DNA of 64,000 nt from a bacterium (GTDB lineage: Bacteria; Fidelibacterota; Fidelibacteria; Fidelibacterales; Fidelibacteraceae): contig OY781066.1 in assembly GCA_963676395.1 (NCBI GenBank), positions 288,001 through 352,000 of the forward strand, written 5' to 3'. This document shows positions 51,039 through 63,648 of this stretch, one piece after another (the first letter of the stretch is position 1; every line of letters begins with the position of its first letter). Below the pieces are notes generated by a model that was not told where the DNA came from, did not search any database, and worked only from the letters and a program-made list of their open reading frames with translations. The position numbers and the translations under genes are program-made.

Positions 51039-51385
51039 AGTACTCAGACTTCAAAAACGCCATACTTGCCCACTTCAACTCACTTCAAGATGAAGGCGGT
51101 GAGGAATTTCTTGAACTCATGGTTGATACAATTGATGTATTTGATACAGAGGGCAACAAAATCAATACATTGTTTGGGTGGGAATATAGCCTTTCACGCT
51201 CCAGACATTGGGACAAAGAGCAAGAGAACCATATTATGTTCGACGGCTTCACGGATGAACATCTGACGGATCTTTACGACACACTACTTGACTCGGAAGC
51301 GGAAGTTGAAAAAATTGTTATGAATGTTGATGGAATGAATGACCTGGATGAACCGATCCATAAAGAAATAGTCGTGGAGTTTTAA
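51035..51385 (+). CDS. Acidic hypothetical protein
   Basis: GGAG RBS, ATG overlapping the upstream stop; Asp/Glu rich. Confidence 0.65.
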   Translation: MKYSDFKNAILAHFNSLQDEGGEEFLELMVDTIDVFDTEGNKINTLFGWEYSLSRSRHWDKEQENHIMFDGFTDEHLTDLYDTLLDSEAEVEKIVMNVDGMNDLDEPIHKEIVVEF

Positions 51386-51391
51386 AATTTA

Positions 51392-51796
51392 ATGTCTGAA
51401 TCTTTTCAGTTTGAGCAATACAAGGATTCAAACCCTTTCTCAACGAGTTACAGCTCGATAGAAATACCTATTACTCGACAAAACTTATTCATGATGCAAC
51501 GTCAATTTTCCGTAAAAGATCATGTGGATTTTTTCCCTTTTGATGTTCTTGGGGCAATGAATCCATCAAACAATATCGATAAAAACTACCGTGTTCGTAC
51601 CATTACCTTACACACTGATGCCGGTTTTGATATTGAAACGGATATTGTTGAAAAAACCTTTGTATTCAGAAATAGAAGCATGCAAAAAGGTTCCACTCGA
51701 TATATGAGTGATAAAAATGTTAAACCGGGTGATGTGATCCTTATTGAAAAGATCGATCCCTATGAATATAATATGAAAATCAAGCGAGGTAACTGA
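51392..51796 (+). CDS. Hypothetical protein, possible B3/EcoRII-N-like DNA-binding pseudobarrel
   Basis: Pattern IPIT.N...DFFP.D.LG..N...TLH...IETDI..K..FR.R...KPGD.I.IEK...YEY. Confidence 0.55.
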   Translation: MSESFQFEQYKDSNPFSTSYSSIEIPITRQNLFMMQRQFSVKDHVDFFPFDVLGAMNPSNNIDKNYRVRTITLHTDAGFDIETDIVEKTFVFRNRSMQKGSTRYMSDKNVKPGDVILIEKIDPYEYNMKIKRGN

Positions 51797-51984
51797 TGAT
51801 CAATAAAATCAACTTTGAACTTGATGATGACGAATTAGCAGCGTTTAAGGAACTGGTCAAAAAATTAAGTAATGTTCGCGGTGAAGCAACTCTAAAAGTT
51901 GACGGTACATTACGCGGTGCATTACAGCAGATCCAAAAAGAGCTACATCATTATGATGATTTTAAAAAGCGTGATCTTTGGTAA
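51796..51984 (+). CDS. Small hypothetical protein, possible ribbon-helix-helix N-terminus
   Basis: GAGG RBS, TGATG coupling; KINFELDDDELAAFKELVKK. Confidence 0.55.
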   Translation: MINKINFELDDDELAAFKELVKKLSNVRGEATLKVDGTLRGALQQIQKELHHYDDFKKRDLW

Positions 51985-52108
51985 CCAGAAGCCAGAATAA
52001 GCTAAAGATCTTTTTAAAACTATAAAATAACACATTCTAGCAAAATATGTTATCCTGACTAAAGAAAATTGCTCGGAATAACAAAAATACAATTGGGAAG
52101 AGACTAAA

Positions 52109-53206
52109 ATGATTAAACAGACTCCTTTTAAGGACCGACATGTGCTGCTCGGTGCCAAGATGGTCGAATTTGCAGGCTATTCCATGCCTATTTCATACAA
52201 GGGAATAAACCAAGAACACATGATCATTCGTAAAAAAGTCGGTGTATTCGATGTTTCGCATATGGGGGAATTTCTTGTAGAAGGATGTAATGCAGAAGAA
52301 TTTTTACAATCAATCACTGTAAATAATGTCAAATCACTGATTGATGGTCAAGCACAATACTCTGCCATGTGCTATCCTAGTGGCGGAATCGTTGATGATT
52401 TGATCGTGTATCGTTTTAATGGCAAGAAATACATGATGGTCGTTAATGCTTCCAACATGGATAAAGATTTTGCATGGGCCAAAGAACACCTCCTCGAAGG
52501 AGTTACTCTAACAAACCAAAGTGATAATATGGCATTATTGGCCATACAGGGACCTAAAGTACTTGAAGTACTTCAACAACTGACCGATGTTAAATTATCC
52601 AAAATCGGGTTCTATCATTTTGCCGAAGGTGTTTTGGCAGGCAAGAAAATGATCATTTCGCGAACAGGTTATACCGGTGAACCCGGCTTTGAATTATATC
52701 ACGACCCTAAAGATGCCCTGGAAGTATGGGATGCCATATTTAAGGCTGGGAAAGATTTGGGCATTGAAGCTGTGGGCTTAGGTGCAAGAGACACTTTACG
52801 CTTAGAAATGAAATACGCGCTTTACGGTAATGATATCGATAAAGATACAAATCCAATCGAAGCAGGTCTTGGCTGGATCACCAAGTTAGACAATGATGAT
52901 TTTGTTGGAAAAGATGTACTGCTTAAAGTTAAAACGGAAAAACCCGCTCGTCGATTGATCGCATTTAAAATGATTGATCGTGGTATCCCCCGCCATCATT
53001 ATGAATTATATGTAGGCGATGAAAAAGTCGGGCATGTTACAAGTGGTACCATGTCGCCCTCACTTCATATCGGTATAGGAACCGGCTATGTCAAACGTGA
53101 CTATTCTAAAATCGGAACAATAATTGAAATGGACGTACGCGGCAAACGACTGAAAGCAGAGATCGTACGACCACCCTTTGTTGATTCGAGTCCAATGGAA
53201 TTTTGA
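52109..53206 (+). CDS. gcvT: Glycine cleavage system aminomethyltransferase T
   Basis: FDVSHMGE, GGIVDD, VVNASN, AIQGP, SRTGYTGEPGFE, GLGARDTLRLE. Confidence 0.96.
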   Translation: MIKQTPFKDRHVLLGAKMVEFAGYSMPISYKGINQEHMIIRKKVGVFDVSHMGEFLVEGCNAEEFLQSITVNNVKSLIDGQAQYSAMCYPSGGIVDDLIVYRFNGKKYMMVVNASNMDKDFAWAKEHLLEGVTLTNQSDNMALLAIQGPKVLEVLQQLTDVKLSKIGFYHFAEGVLAGKKMIISRTGYTGEPGFELYHDPKDALEVWDAIFKAGKDLGIEAVGLGARDTLRLEMKYALYGNDIDKDTNPIEAGLGWITKLDNDDFVGKDVLLKVKTEKPARRLIAFKMIDRGIPRHHYELYVGDEKVGHVTSGTMSPSLHIGIGTGYVKRDYSKIGTIIEMDVRGKRLKAEIVRPPFVDSSPMEF

Positions 53207-53391
53207 TCGTCCGATTTACCCTCGCAAAACAATTAATAATATAATTTACTACAATAGAAGCCACGCAGTCGCGTGGCTCTACGTATCATACTCTTATTTT
53301 AAACAAACACCATGTTTTTTTTGCTTGTATAAAAAAGAGGCAAACACAAGTTCACCTCTATTTTTTACTTTCACCTTATTGCTAATGGAAC

Positions 53392-54087
53392 TTATCCCAT
53401 TCTTCCCATCTGAAAAGTGCTCCAAGCTGCTGAAACTATCATTCCAAGCAACATAGTAATAACAACCAACAAGGTAGCTTTCTTGCCTGTATATTTATAC
53501 AGCACTTTAAATGCTACAACCCAAACAATAATGCGCCAGATCTTAAAAAACTCAAATTGCGCAAGGAGATTAAAACCAAAACTTGTTGGATCAGGGTTCT
53601 GAATTAATGAGGCAAAGCCAAGATAAACACCAATAGTTTCTTTTTGAAGAACCAGAAATATCTTAATAATTGATTCGGGGATAGATATCAATAGAACATA
53701 AAGAGCTGTTGCTAACAATGTACCGTATTTTTGTTCACCACCACCAATAAAATTACCGACGATCATCATAAACAGTGCACCCAAAAGAGCGGTTACAATC
53801 GCTCCAAGCGCAGCTGTGATTGTACTGATTATTTTAGCTACAGGTGAACCACTCTGTTGTATGATCATCTCTTTCTGTTCCTGAGAATATTGTTCCATTT
53901 TCATAATAGCATCTTTTTGTACATCTGCCATAATATCACCTGTGATCATCATAAAAGCAATAACCGTTGCGATCAACAGTAATATTGGAATAACAAAATC
54001 AGTCCATTTTGTCCCCTCATCTCTAATAGAAGTAAAACATTTCTCCGGCGAAACAAATACATTACCAATTCTTCCCAATACACTCAT
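53392..54087 (-). CDS. Yip1-domain membrane protein
   Basis: VFVSPEKCF N-terminus and five TM segments; AAAGGAG RBS. Confidence 0.75.
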   Translation of the reverse strand: MSVLGRIGNVFVSPEKCFTSIRDEGTKWTDFVIPILLLIATVIAFMMITGDIMADVQKDAIMKMEQYSQEQKEMIIQQSGSPVAKIISTITAALGAIVTALLGALFMMIVGNFIGGGEQKYGTLLATALYVLLISIPESIIKIFLVLQKETIGVYLGFASLIQNPDPTSFGFNLLAQFEFFKIWRIIVWVVAFKVLYKYTGKKATLLVVITMLLGMIVSAAWSTFQMGRMG

Positions 54088-54284
54088 ACCTATCTCCTTT
54101 ATGGTTTCCTGTTTATTTCATAGTTTAAGAATATATTGGTTTAAGATTAAAATGAGAAATGAAAAATTACAAATCGTGAGTAGAATAAGACCTAACAAAA
54201 AAAATGTAAAAAATCATTTGAGAAGTATAATAATATTATTTATTTTTAAGCCGTTGTCAGATGTATACTTAAAGGAGATTCATA

Positions 54285-54458
54285 ATGGCAGTAGTAGTAA
54301 ATGTAGGCGTATGTGACGGCATCGGTGAATGCGTAGAAGTATGTCCAGTAGAAGCTTTGGAATTGAAAGACGGTAAAGCCGTTGTCGATGAAGATCTTTG
54401 CATTGATTGCTTGGCTTGCGTAGCAGCTTGTCCTGTTGAAGCAATTTCTGAAGGTTAA
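54285..54458 (+). CDS. Small dicluster ferredoxin (57 aa; not in ORF track)
   Basis: AAAGGAG RBS; MAVVVNVGVCDGIGECVEVCPVEALELKDGKAVVDEDLCIDCLACVAACPVEAISEG. Confidence 0.93.
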   Translation: MAVVVNVGVCDGIGECVEVCPVEALELKDGKAVVDEDLCIDCLACVAACPVEAISEG

Positions 54459-54480
54459 TCGCAAAGCGATAAAGAAAACT

Positions 54481-54505
54481 AAGGGCAGGTTATTCTGCCC
54501 TTTTT
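54481..54505 (+). terminator. Hairpin/terminator between ferredoxin and mrp
   Basis: AAGGGCAG...CTGCCCTT followed by T run. Confidence 0.6.
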
Positions 54506-54522
54506 ATATTTAGGAGAAAAGA

Positions 54523-55338
54523 ATGTCAAAAGAACAAGAAAATCAAAATCCTTTTGATCTACAAAAAAAAGCAAGATATGCTAAGCATGTTATCGCCATT
54601 GCTTCAGGCAAAGGTGGTGTTGGTAAATCGACCGTAGCAGCTAACTTGGCATTATCCCTTAAAGCACAGGGTTATTCGGTTGGTTTATTGGATATGGATC
54701 TCTATGGCCCCTCCGTACCCATGATGTTTGGTCAACATAAACCTACTGAATCCGTTTCTGAACAAGGCATATTACCTGCAGAGAAGTATGGTATCCAAAT
54801 AATGTCTCTCGGTTTTTTCTTAGATTCAACCCAGGCCATTATCTGGCGTGGTCCCTTGGTAATGAAAGCCGTTGATCAGCTATTAAATGATGTCTGGTGG
54901 AAAAAAATGGATTACCTGATCATTGATCTTCCTCCCGGTACCGGCGATATCCAGTTAAGTTTGGTTCAAAAGATAGAACTCAGTGGTGCAGTTATTGTTA
55001 CCACACCTCAAGATCTTGCTTTAGCCGATGTCAAACGCGGTATCAGCATGTTTGAGAAAGTCAATGTCCCTATCTTGGGCATAGTCGAAAACATGAGTTA
55101 CTTCCTCTGTCCCGAATGTGGACATAAATCACATATCTTTGGCCAAAATGGCGGACTTAAAGAAAGCGAGCGCTCAAAAGTGGAATTTTTAGGTGAAATT
55201 CCTTTAAATGAAGAGATCATGAGTGCTGCAGATACCGGTTGCCCTATTGTAGAAAGTAAACCCGGCTCAGCCGAAAGCAAATGCTACATGGATGTTGCCG
55301 AGAAAGTAGTGGCAAAACTTCCTTTGGAAGAAAAGTAA
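54523..55338 (+). CDS. apbC: Mrp/ApbC (NBP35) Fe-S cluster carrier ATPase
   Basis: SGKGGVGKST, D.YGPS, WRGP, DLPPGTGD, VTTPQ, ENMS..CPEC. Confidence 0.93.
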   Translation: MSKEQENQNPFDLQKKARYAKHVIAIASGKGGVGKSTVAANLALSLKAQGYSVGLLDMDLYGPSVPMMFGQHKPTESVSEQGILPAEKYGIQIMSLGFFLDSTQAIIWRGPLVMKAVDQLLNDVWWKKMDYLIIDLPPGTGDIQLSLVQKIELSGAVIVTTPQDLALADVKRGISMFEKVNVPILGIVENMSYFLCPECGHKSHIFGQNGGLKESERSKVEFLGEIPLNEEIMSAADTGCPIVESKPGSAESKCYMDVAEKVVAKLPLEEK

Positions 55339-55734
55339 ATCCTAGAGCACCCCTAATTTTATGGGGTCAGCTCTATTTTGTTGTAATAAAAATGATAGCC
55401 TTAGGGTAAAACCTAAGGCTATTGAAAATATTTGCTAAAATAATTAAACTAAAATTGAATTGAAATGGGCAAATTAAAATCATAAAAAATAAAACTAGTG
55501 TTAGCTCCACCGGTGAAAACAGCAAATAAGGAAGGATCAATACCAATCTTCCAAATATTTACATATCAATATTTTGCCGGCAGAACTTTACGCCCCTTTA
55601 TAAAACCACACTTTGATCGCCATCAAAAAAAAGAGCCTTGAATCCCCTCCTTTGCCAAAGCTCCGGTAGATCAAGGCCTATGAATAATTTACTTTATGCT
55701 CTTCGTCGACGGAATGCTTCGACGGTTCAATCTT

Positions 55735-58133
<2,399 letters not shown>

Positions 58134-58144
<11 letters not shown>

Positions 58145-59606
58145 TGTCATAATTTGCTAATGCCACCACGACCTTTTCATGGATCTTGGTGATATCTTTG
58201 GTTTTGCAGTGATAGTTATTTGCAATCAGCGAAAATGCGATCATGCGACCGTTTATATCTTGCACATAGCCGGTATGTGAACGAACTTTTCCAATATAAC
58301 CGGTTTTTACACGGGCATTTTTAGCGGCGGCTGTTCCGTCACCAAAATATAAGACATAGCCAAAATCTTTATCATCACCTGCTCTGGCAAAGGTCTTATA
58401 AAAATCTTTAAACGAATCACGTTGTGTCATAGCTGAAAGGTAGTCAGAAAATATCTTCGTGGTGATCATGTTTTCCTGAGATAGACCGCTGGCATCCGAA
58501 AGTCTTAAACCGGAATGCTCAACATGAAGTTTATCCAAAAATTTATTAAGGTATTTCAATCCGGCTCGCGTGGTACCTTTACCCATTTCTTTGTGAGCAA
58601 CGCTCAAAAGGAGCATTTCAGTATATGTATTATTCGACAATTTATTTGTAATTTCAGCAATGAGTTTTAGAGGAGGCGATTTAACTGTTTTCAACAGTTT
58701 ATGGCTGTCATATTTTTTCTTTTCGTTTAGCACCATAACACCCTGACTTACCTGAATATCTTTTTTTTCTAAAGAAGTCTCAAGTGCCTGCGCGATCGCA
58801 AGTGCCGGATTGGGTATCGCTCCTTTTATTGTAAAGCGTTCTTCGCCGGCAGGAACCGTTCCATAGAAAATCGCTTCATAAACATTGGGTGCGCATAAAA
58901 TATAGCCATTATCACCGGAATGCAAGGGACCGGTTTTCATAAGATTTGTGTAGCTTAATCCCGGGATCTCGGGACGCATGCCAATCACCTCGGCAACATC
59001 ACCTTCTTTCTCACCGGGTTTAAAATCAAGATAATATTTGTTATCCGAAAAGCACAAGGCACCAAAACCGGCACCATAGTAATTACCAAGATCTTCCCAA
59101 GTCCATGTTCCGGGTGCATGAAATGGAGCATATTTTGATTCGTCTCCGATAATAGAACCTTTAATCGAAGTGATACCCGCACCCTCAATGGCTTTAACCC
59201 ATGTAGACATCAATTTACGTTGCGACACGACACCTCCGACCTGATCACCACCCAGCGTAGGATCTCCATCGCCGACAATGTAGATATTTCCATCAAGCAC
59301 ACCGTTTTCATCGATGTTGCCATCGTAATATAATTTTGTTTTATATGTATGATTGGCACCCAATCTATCCAAAGCAATACCAATGGTTAAAACTTTTAAG
59401 GATGATGCGCAAGCCAAGGACATTTCAGCATTATGAGAAATGATCGCTTCTTCTTGTGGAGATTGATCAACATAACGTGCATATACAGACCATTGAGCAT
59501 GTTTTAACTCTTCCATATTAGCCAATTCTTCAACCAATTCTGCTGGAGATTGAGCGAAAAGAACAATGGCTGTCAGTGTCAATAATAAGATTCGTTTAAA
59601 TTTCAT
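58134..59606 (-). CDS. dacB: D-alanyl-D-alanine carboxypeptidase/endopeptidase (PBP4, S13)
   Basis: Signal peptide; ASSLK (SxxK), GDGDPTLG, SNN, DASGLS, KTG. Confidence 0.92.
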
Positions 59607-59625
59607 GGTATCCTTTCAATCATTT

Positions 59626-60678
59626 TTATCTAAAAATAGAAGGAATGGGAATATCACCCCACAATTCTTCACACATTTCACTTAAGGTTTGAGTATTAAA
59701 TATACCCTTTTCTATCCAATCCACTAATCGTGGTGAAATTCGCGGGTAATTCATAGCTGTTATCGCAGGTAACTCTAACCACTCTTTGACCTCAGTTTCA
59801 TCCAGATTTTTCATCTCTTTACCAAATTTCAATACTTCAATGGCCATGGCATTGGCAATCTGTTCCGCCTGCCCTGCAATGGGTTTGGCAAGCGTTTTTA
59901 CCCCCACATCAAAAGCCTCGGTATTAGCCATATATCCGCCATGCAAAATAGCCCCTTGTGATGAATATACCGTATTTAGAAAATCTTGTCGACTACGAGG
60001 ATGATAAATAATATTATCTTCCTGTTTTAATTCTTTTACACTGGTAAACAGATGATAATCATAATCTTTAGGACAGCGTTTTAACATTGTTTTCACCGAC
60101 TGGGGATCCTCGTAAGGTAAATATACCGTTACCTGCTTTTGCCCCGGTTTCCCTTCGGGTTTCAATTCGGATTCCGGTAAAATGGGGGGTAAAATGGGAA
60201 ACCCGAAATGATGCCAATGTGTTGAAACTGTAAAATCACCCGGCACAAAATGTTCAATGATTGTCCTAATAAATACATGCAAAGGTGGGTATGGAATATC
60301 ATATAAAAATGCCGATGGATGCGACATAACCACAGAGGGAATCTTGTTTTTCTTAGCTATTTGAACGGATACCGGCTCAAAATCACTGATAACAAGGTCG
60401 ATCTTCTTAGCATCGTAGTAGATAATATCACGAAGATACGAGATAGCATCTAAACGAGGCGCTGTTTTAATATAATTGATTCGTCCTTTTTCGGTGACAT
60501 AGGTCAGTCCCTTGAATATTTTATATGGTTCAAAGGATTCCACATTACTTAAACGTTGCTGTGCACCCGAAAAAATCACTTCCACATTATGACCGCGACG
60601 TTTTAATTCCTTAATAATATCACGTGATGGACCAATATGTCCATTTCCTGTCGTTTGTACGCCATATAATATATTCAT
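59626..60678 (-). CDS. MJ1255/VC2487-family glycosyltransferase
   Basis: ILYGVQTTGNGH, VISDFEP, VYLPYE, P..GQAEQ..NA. Confidence 0.82.
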   Translation of the reverse strand: MNILYGVQTTGNGHIGPSRDIIKELKRRGHNVEVIFSGAQQRLSNVESFEPYKIFKGLTYVTEKGRINYIKTAPRLDAISYLRDIIYYDAKKIDLVISDFEPVSVQIAKKNKIPSVVMSHPSAFLYDIPYPPLHVFIRTIIEHFVPGDFTVSTHWHHFGFPILPPILPESELKPEGKPGQKQVTVYLPYEDPQSVKTMLKRCPKDYDYHLFTSVKELKQEDNIIYHPRSRQDFLNTVYSSQGAILHGGYMANTEAFDVGVKTLAKPIAGQAEQIANAMAIEVLKFGKEMKNLDETEVKEWLELPAITAMNYPRISPRLVDWIEKGIFNTQTLSEMCEELWGDIPIPSIFR

Positions 60679-60901
60679 GCTTGTCCTTGATCGTAAAATC
60701 CTATTTCAGGAAAATATAAGAATTCAATTGATAATTGACAAAGGACAATTGACAATTCGTAATCGGGTGTCATCGCGATTTATAATTCCTCATCATTCCC
60801 AATGCTCCATACTCATGTGCCGACTTCCTTCCCGCTTCTGACTCCTGAAAAGACTTTTCATTTCTTGCGATAAAACTATATATTCCCCTCTTGGAGGAAA
60901 T

Positions 60902-61603
60902 ATGAACTCACACATCAAATACATCGCTTTCGATGCCGACGACACACTTTGGGATAATGAACCCTTCTATCGCGATCTGGAACATCTTTTTAATGACCTT
61001 ATGTTAAACTATATGAGTGCCGAAGAAAGCTCAGCGGAATTATTTAAGACCGAGGTTGCCAACCTTCCTCTTTACGGTTTTGGCGCTAAAGCTTACACCT
61101 TATCTATCCTGGAAACGGCATTAAGATTAAGCAAGGATAAAATCTCAAGTACAGATCTGAAAAAATTACTCGAAAAAGGGAAAAAACTCACAGATTCACC
61201 CTTGATCTTATTGGATCACGTTGAAAACACATTAAAAGAACTTACGCAAAATTACACACTGATATTGGCAACAAAGGGTGACCTTTTGGATCAAGAAAGA
61301 AAGTTGCGTAAATCCGGCCTTGAAAAATATTTTCACCATATTGAAGTGATGAGTGATAAACAAATCACCGATTACGAAAACTTATTCAAACGACTGAATA
61401 TTAAAGCATCAGAATTCCTAATGGTGGGAAACTCCATGCGCTCGGATATTATCCCTGTCGTTGAACTGGGTGCTTATGCCATTCACATCCCCTATCACAC
61501 CACGTGGGCTCACGAGGATATTGAACCCATAGAATTACCTCATGAACGATTTATAGAAATTGATTCGATCAATAAGATCATAAACGAATGTTCCTGGCTA
61601 TAA
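60902..61603 (+). CDS. HAD-family hydrolase
   Basis: FDADDTLW, ATKGD, MVGNS.RSDI; GGAGG RBS. Confidence 0.9.
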   Translation: MNSHIKYIAFDADDTLWDNEPFYRDLEHLFNDLMLNYMSAEESSAELFKTEVANLPLYGFGAKAYTLSILETALRLSKDKISSTDLKKLLEKGKKLTDSPLILLDHVENTLKELTQNYTLILATKGDLLDQERKLRKSGLEKYFHHIEVMSDKQITDYENLFKRLNIKASEFLMVGNSMRSDIIPVVELGAYAIHIPYHTTWAHEDIEPIELPHERFIEIDSINKIINECSWL

Positions 61604-61606
61604 TGT

Positions 61607-61631
61607 AAAAAACCGCAGCAATGCTGCGGTT
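61607..61631. terminator. Terminator between convergent HAD gene and glgC
   Basis: AACCGCAGCA-A-TGCTGCGGTT with A run on the left. Confidence 0.7.
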
Positions 61632-61663
61632 CTGCAATATCATTTATCATTTATTATTTAAAA

Positions 61664-62899
61664 TTATATAACGGTTCCATCCGGAATTGTTACATCCTTC
61701 TTGATAACAATAATACCTTCACGAATGTAATAATCTTCACCTACGAAATCCTGAATATTATCTTTATTTATGATCTGAACATTGTTACCCATACGTACAT
61801 TCTTGTCAACAATAGCATTCTTGATAACGCAATTTCTTCCGATCCCAAGCGGGATCTTTCCTTTTGAATCGGTTTCAAAGAAATCGTTACCCATAAGGTA
61901 TGAATCGCATATCTCACATCCTTCACGTACAACCGAACGAATTCCTAAAACAGAATTTTTAATCTTATCGGCATGTACAAGCGCACCATCATTGATCAAT
62001 GATCGTTTAATTTTCGCTTCAGAGATCCTTGATCCCGGAAGCATTCTAGCGTGAGTATAGATAGGAAAATTCACATCAACAAAGCGGAAATCTGGTTTCA
62101 TCGCCGTTAAATTGATATTAGCGTCATAAAATGATTTAATGGTACCAATATCTTCCCAATAACCATCAAAGAAATAAGCATGAACATTATAATCTTCGAT
62201 CGCACCGGGAATAATATCACCACCAAAATCATCCTTAGGAATTTCGGTTAGTGTTTTACGCAAGGTGTCACGATTAAAAACATAAATACCCATGGAACCC
62301 CAATAAGGTCTTTCGGGATCGCCGGTGGGACTTGTCATGGCCTTAAGTTTTTCATCGGTTTCCGGTTTTTCAGCAAAATCTATAATGCGACCTTCATCGT
62401 TCACTTTTAAGATACCAAAACCTTTTGCTTCTTCCTTGGTTACCGGTTTTACCGAAATGGTAATATCGGCCTCTTTCTTGCGATGATGTTGAACAAAATC
62501 CGCATAATTCATTCTATATAGATGATCGCCGGCAAGAATAAGATATTGATCAAATGAATAGGTATCAAAGTGACCTAAATTATGTCGAACCGCATCGGCA
62601 GTCCCCTGATACCAATCGGCATTCTCTATCGTCTGTGCTGCTGCCAGCACTTCCAGAAAGCCTTCCGTAAAATTATCGAATTTATAGGTCTGATTGATAT
62701 GACGGTGCAAAGATTCGGAATTGAATTGAGTCAATATATATATTTTACGGATATTTGAGTTCAAACAATTTGAAATAGGGATATCGATCAAGCGATATTT
62801 ACCACCAATAGGAACTGCAGGTTTAGAGCGGACGGTCGTTAATGGAGCCAGACGTGTTCCTCGCCCACCACCAAGGATCACGGATAAAACTTTGCGCAT
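61664..62899 (-). CDS. glgC: Glucose-1-phosphate adenylyltransferase
   Basis: GGGRGTRL.PLT..RSKPAVP.GG.YRLID, GTADAV, LAGDHLY, SMGIYVF, YWEDIGT. Confidence 0.96.
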   Translation of the reverse strand: MRKVLSVILGGGRGTRLAPLTTVRSKPAVPIGGKYRLIDIPISNCLNSNIRKIYILTQFNSESLHRHINQTYKFDNFTEGFLEVLAAAQTIENADWYQGTADAVRHNLGHFDTYSFDQYLILAGDHLYRMNYADFVQHHRKKEADITISVKPVTKEEAKGFGILKVNDEGRIIDFAEKPETDEKLKAMTSPTGDPERPYWGSMGIYVFNRDTLRKTLTEIPKDDFGGDIIPGAIEDYNVHAYFFDGYWEDIGTIKSFYDANINLTAMKPDFRFVDVNFPIYTHARMLPGSRISEAKIKRSLINDGALVHADKIKNSVLGIRSVVREGCEICDSYLMGNDFFETDSKGKIPLGIGRNCVIKNAIVDKNVRMGNNVQIINKDNIQDFVGEDYYIREGIIVIKKDVTIPDGTVI

Positions 62900-62925
62900 A
62901 ATGCACCCCGTATTTTTTAGTAAAT

Positions 62926-63648
62926 TTATTTCAACGAATCAATGACAGCATTCAAAGAATCCAACAATGTTTCATCCATATACAAGGAATCTTCCTTAGC
63001 CTCTTCCTGAGCAATAACATTGATGCGATAATTTGTAAACGTAAGATCAATATATCCAAAAGATGAATTCATCGGTATGTTTCCGCGAGGATTGGGAACA
63101 ACCTTTTTCTTTGTTTCTTTCGTTTCGATCATAACTCTGATCTCTGAAGGAAGAAATAATCCCGGCTGAATTTCTTCTTGCGTAAAATTAATATCTGCTA
63201 CCATTTCCGGCTTATCAATCATTTTCATCTGCTCAAGGATCCAATTGACTGTATCTATCTGAGCAAGAAAAACCACATCTTTACCTTCCATCGGTTTGAT
63301 CACTTCAACAAAAGCAAGGTTATCTTTATTTTCTTCTAAAGTAATTGTACGCATAGATTTCGAATCCTTAACTAAGCGCTCAAGATCCATTAAAAATATC
63401 TCAGCAGGGATCATTAAAGGAATCTCATCTTCGGTATAAAGTGAATCAGGTCGTTGAAAATGTACAGTAGTTTCACGGTCAGGTAATGTTATTTCGGGCA
63501 TGCGAGTACGGATACGAAGATCAACAACCATATCATTTACCTGCTGAAAATTCATATTTGCGCGTCGAATATAATAATTTGGATCAACTGCAAACAACAA
63601 CAGAACCAAGCATAAACTTAAAACTAAAATTTTCTTTAACATGTACAT
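62926..63648 (-). CDS. Secreted hypothetical protein, possibly LolA/LolB-like fold
   Basis: Signal peptide; beta-rich; FQRPD and FTNYRIN segments typical of LolA-like proteins. Confidence 0.55.
   Translation of the reverse strand: MYMLKKILVLSLCLVLLLFAVDPNYYIRRANMNFQQVNDMVVDLRIRTRMPEITLPDRETTVHFQRPDSLYTEDEIPLMIPAEIFLMDLERLVKDSKSMRTITLEENKDNLAFVEVIKPMEGKDVVFLAQIDTVNWILEQMKMIDKPEMVADINFTQEEIQPGLFLPSEIRVMIETKETKKKVVPNPRGNIPMNSSFGYIDLTFTNYRINVIAQEEAKEDSLYMDETLLDSLNAVIDSLK

Noticed and set aside
51985..52108. Glycine riboswitch upstream of gcvT
   Set aside because: No GGAGA...CCGAAG...CUCAGG aptamer motifs; short AT-rich spacer
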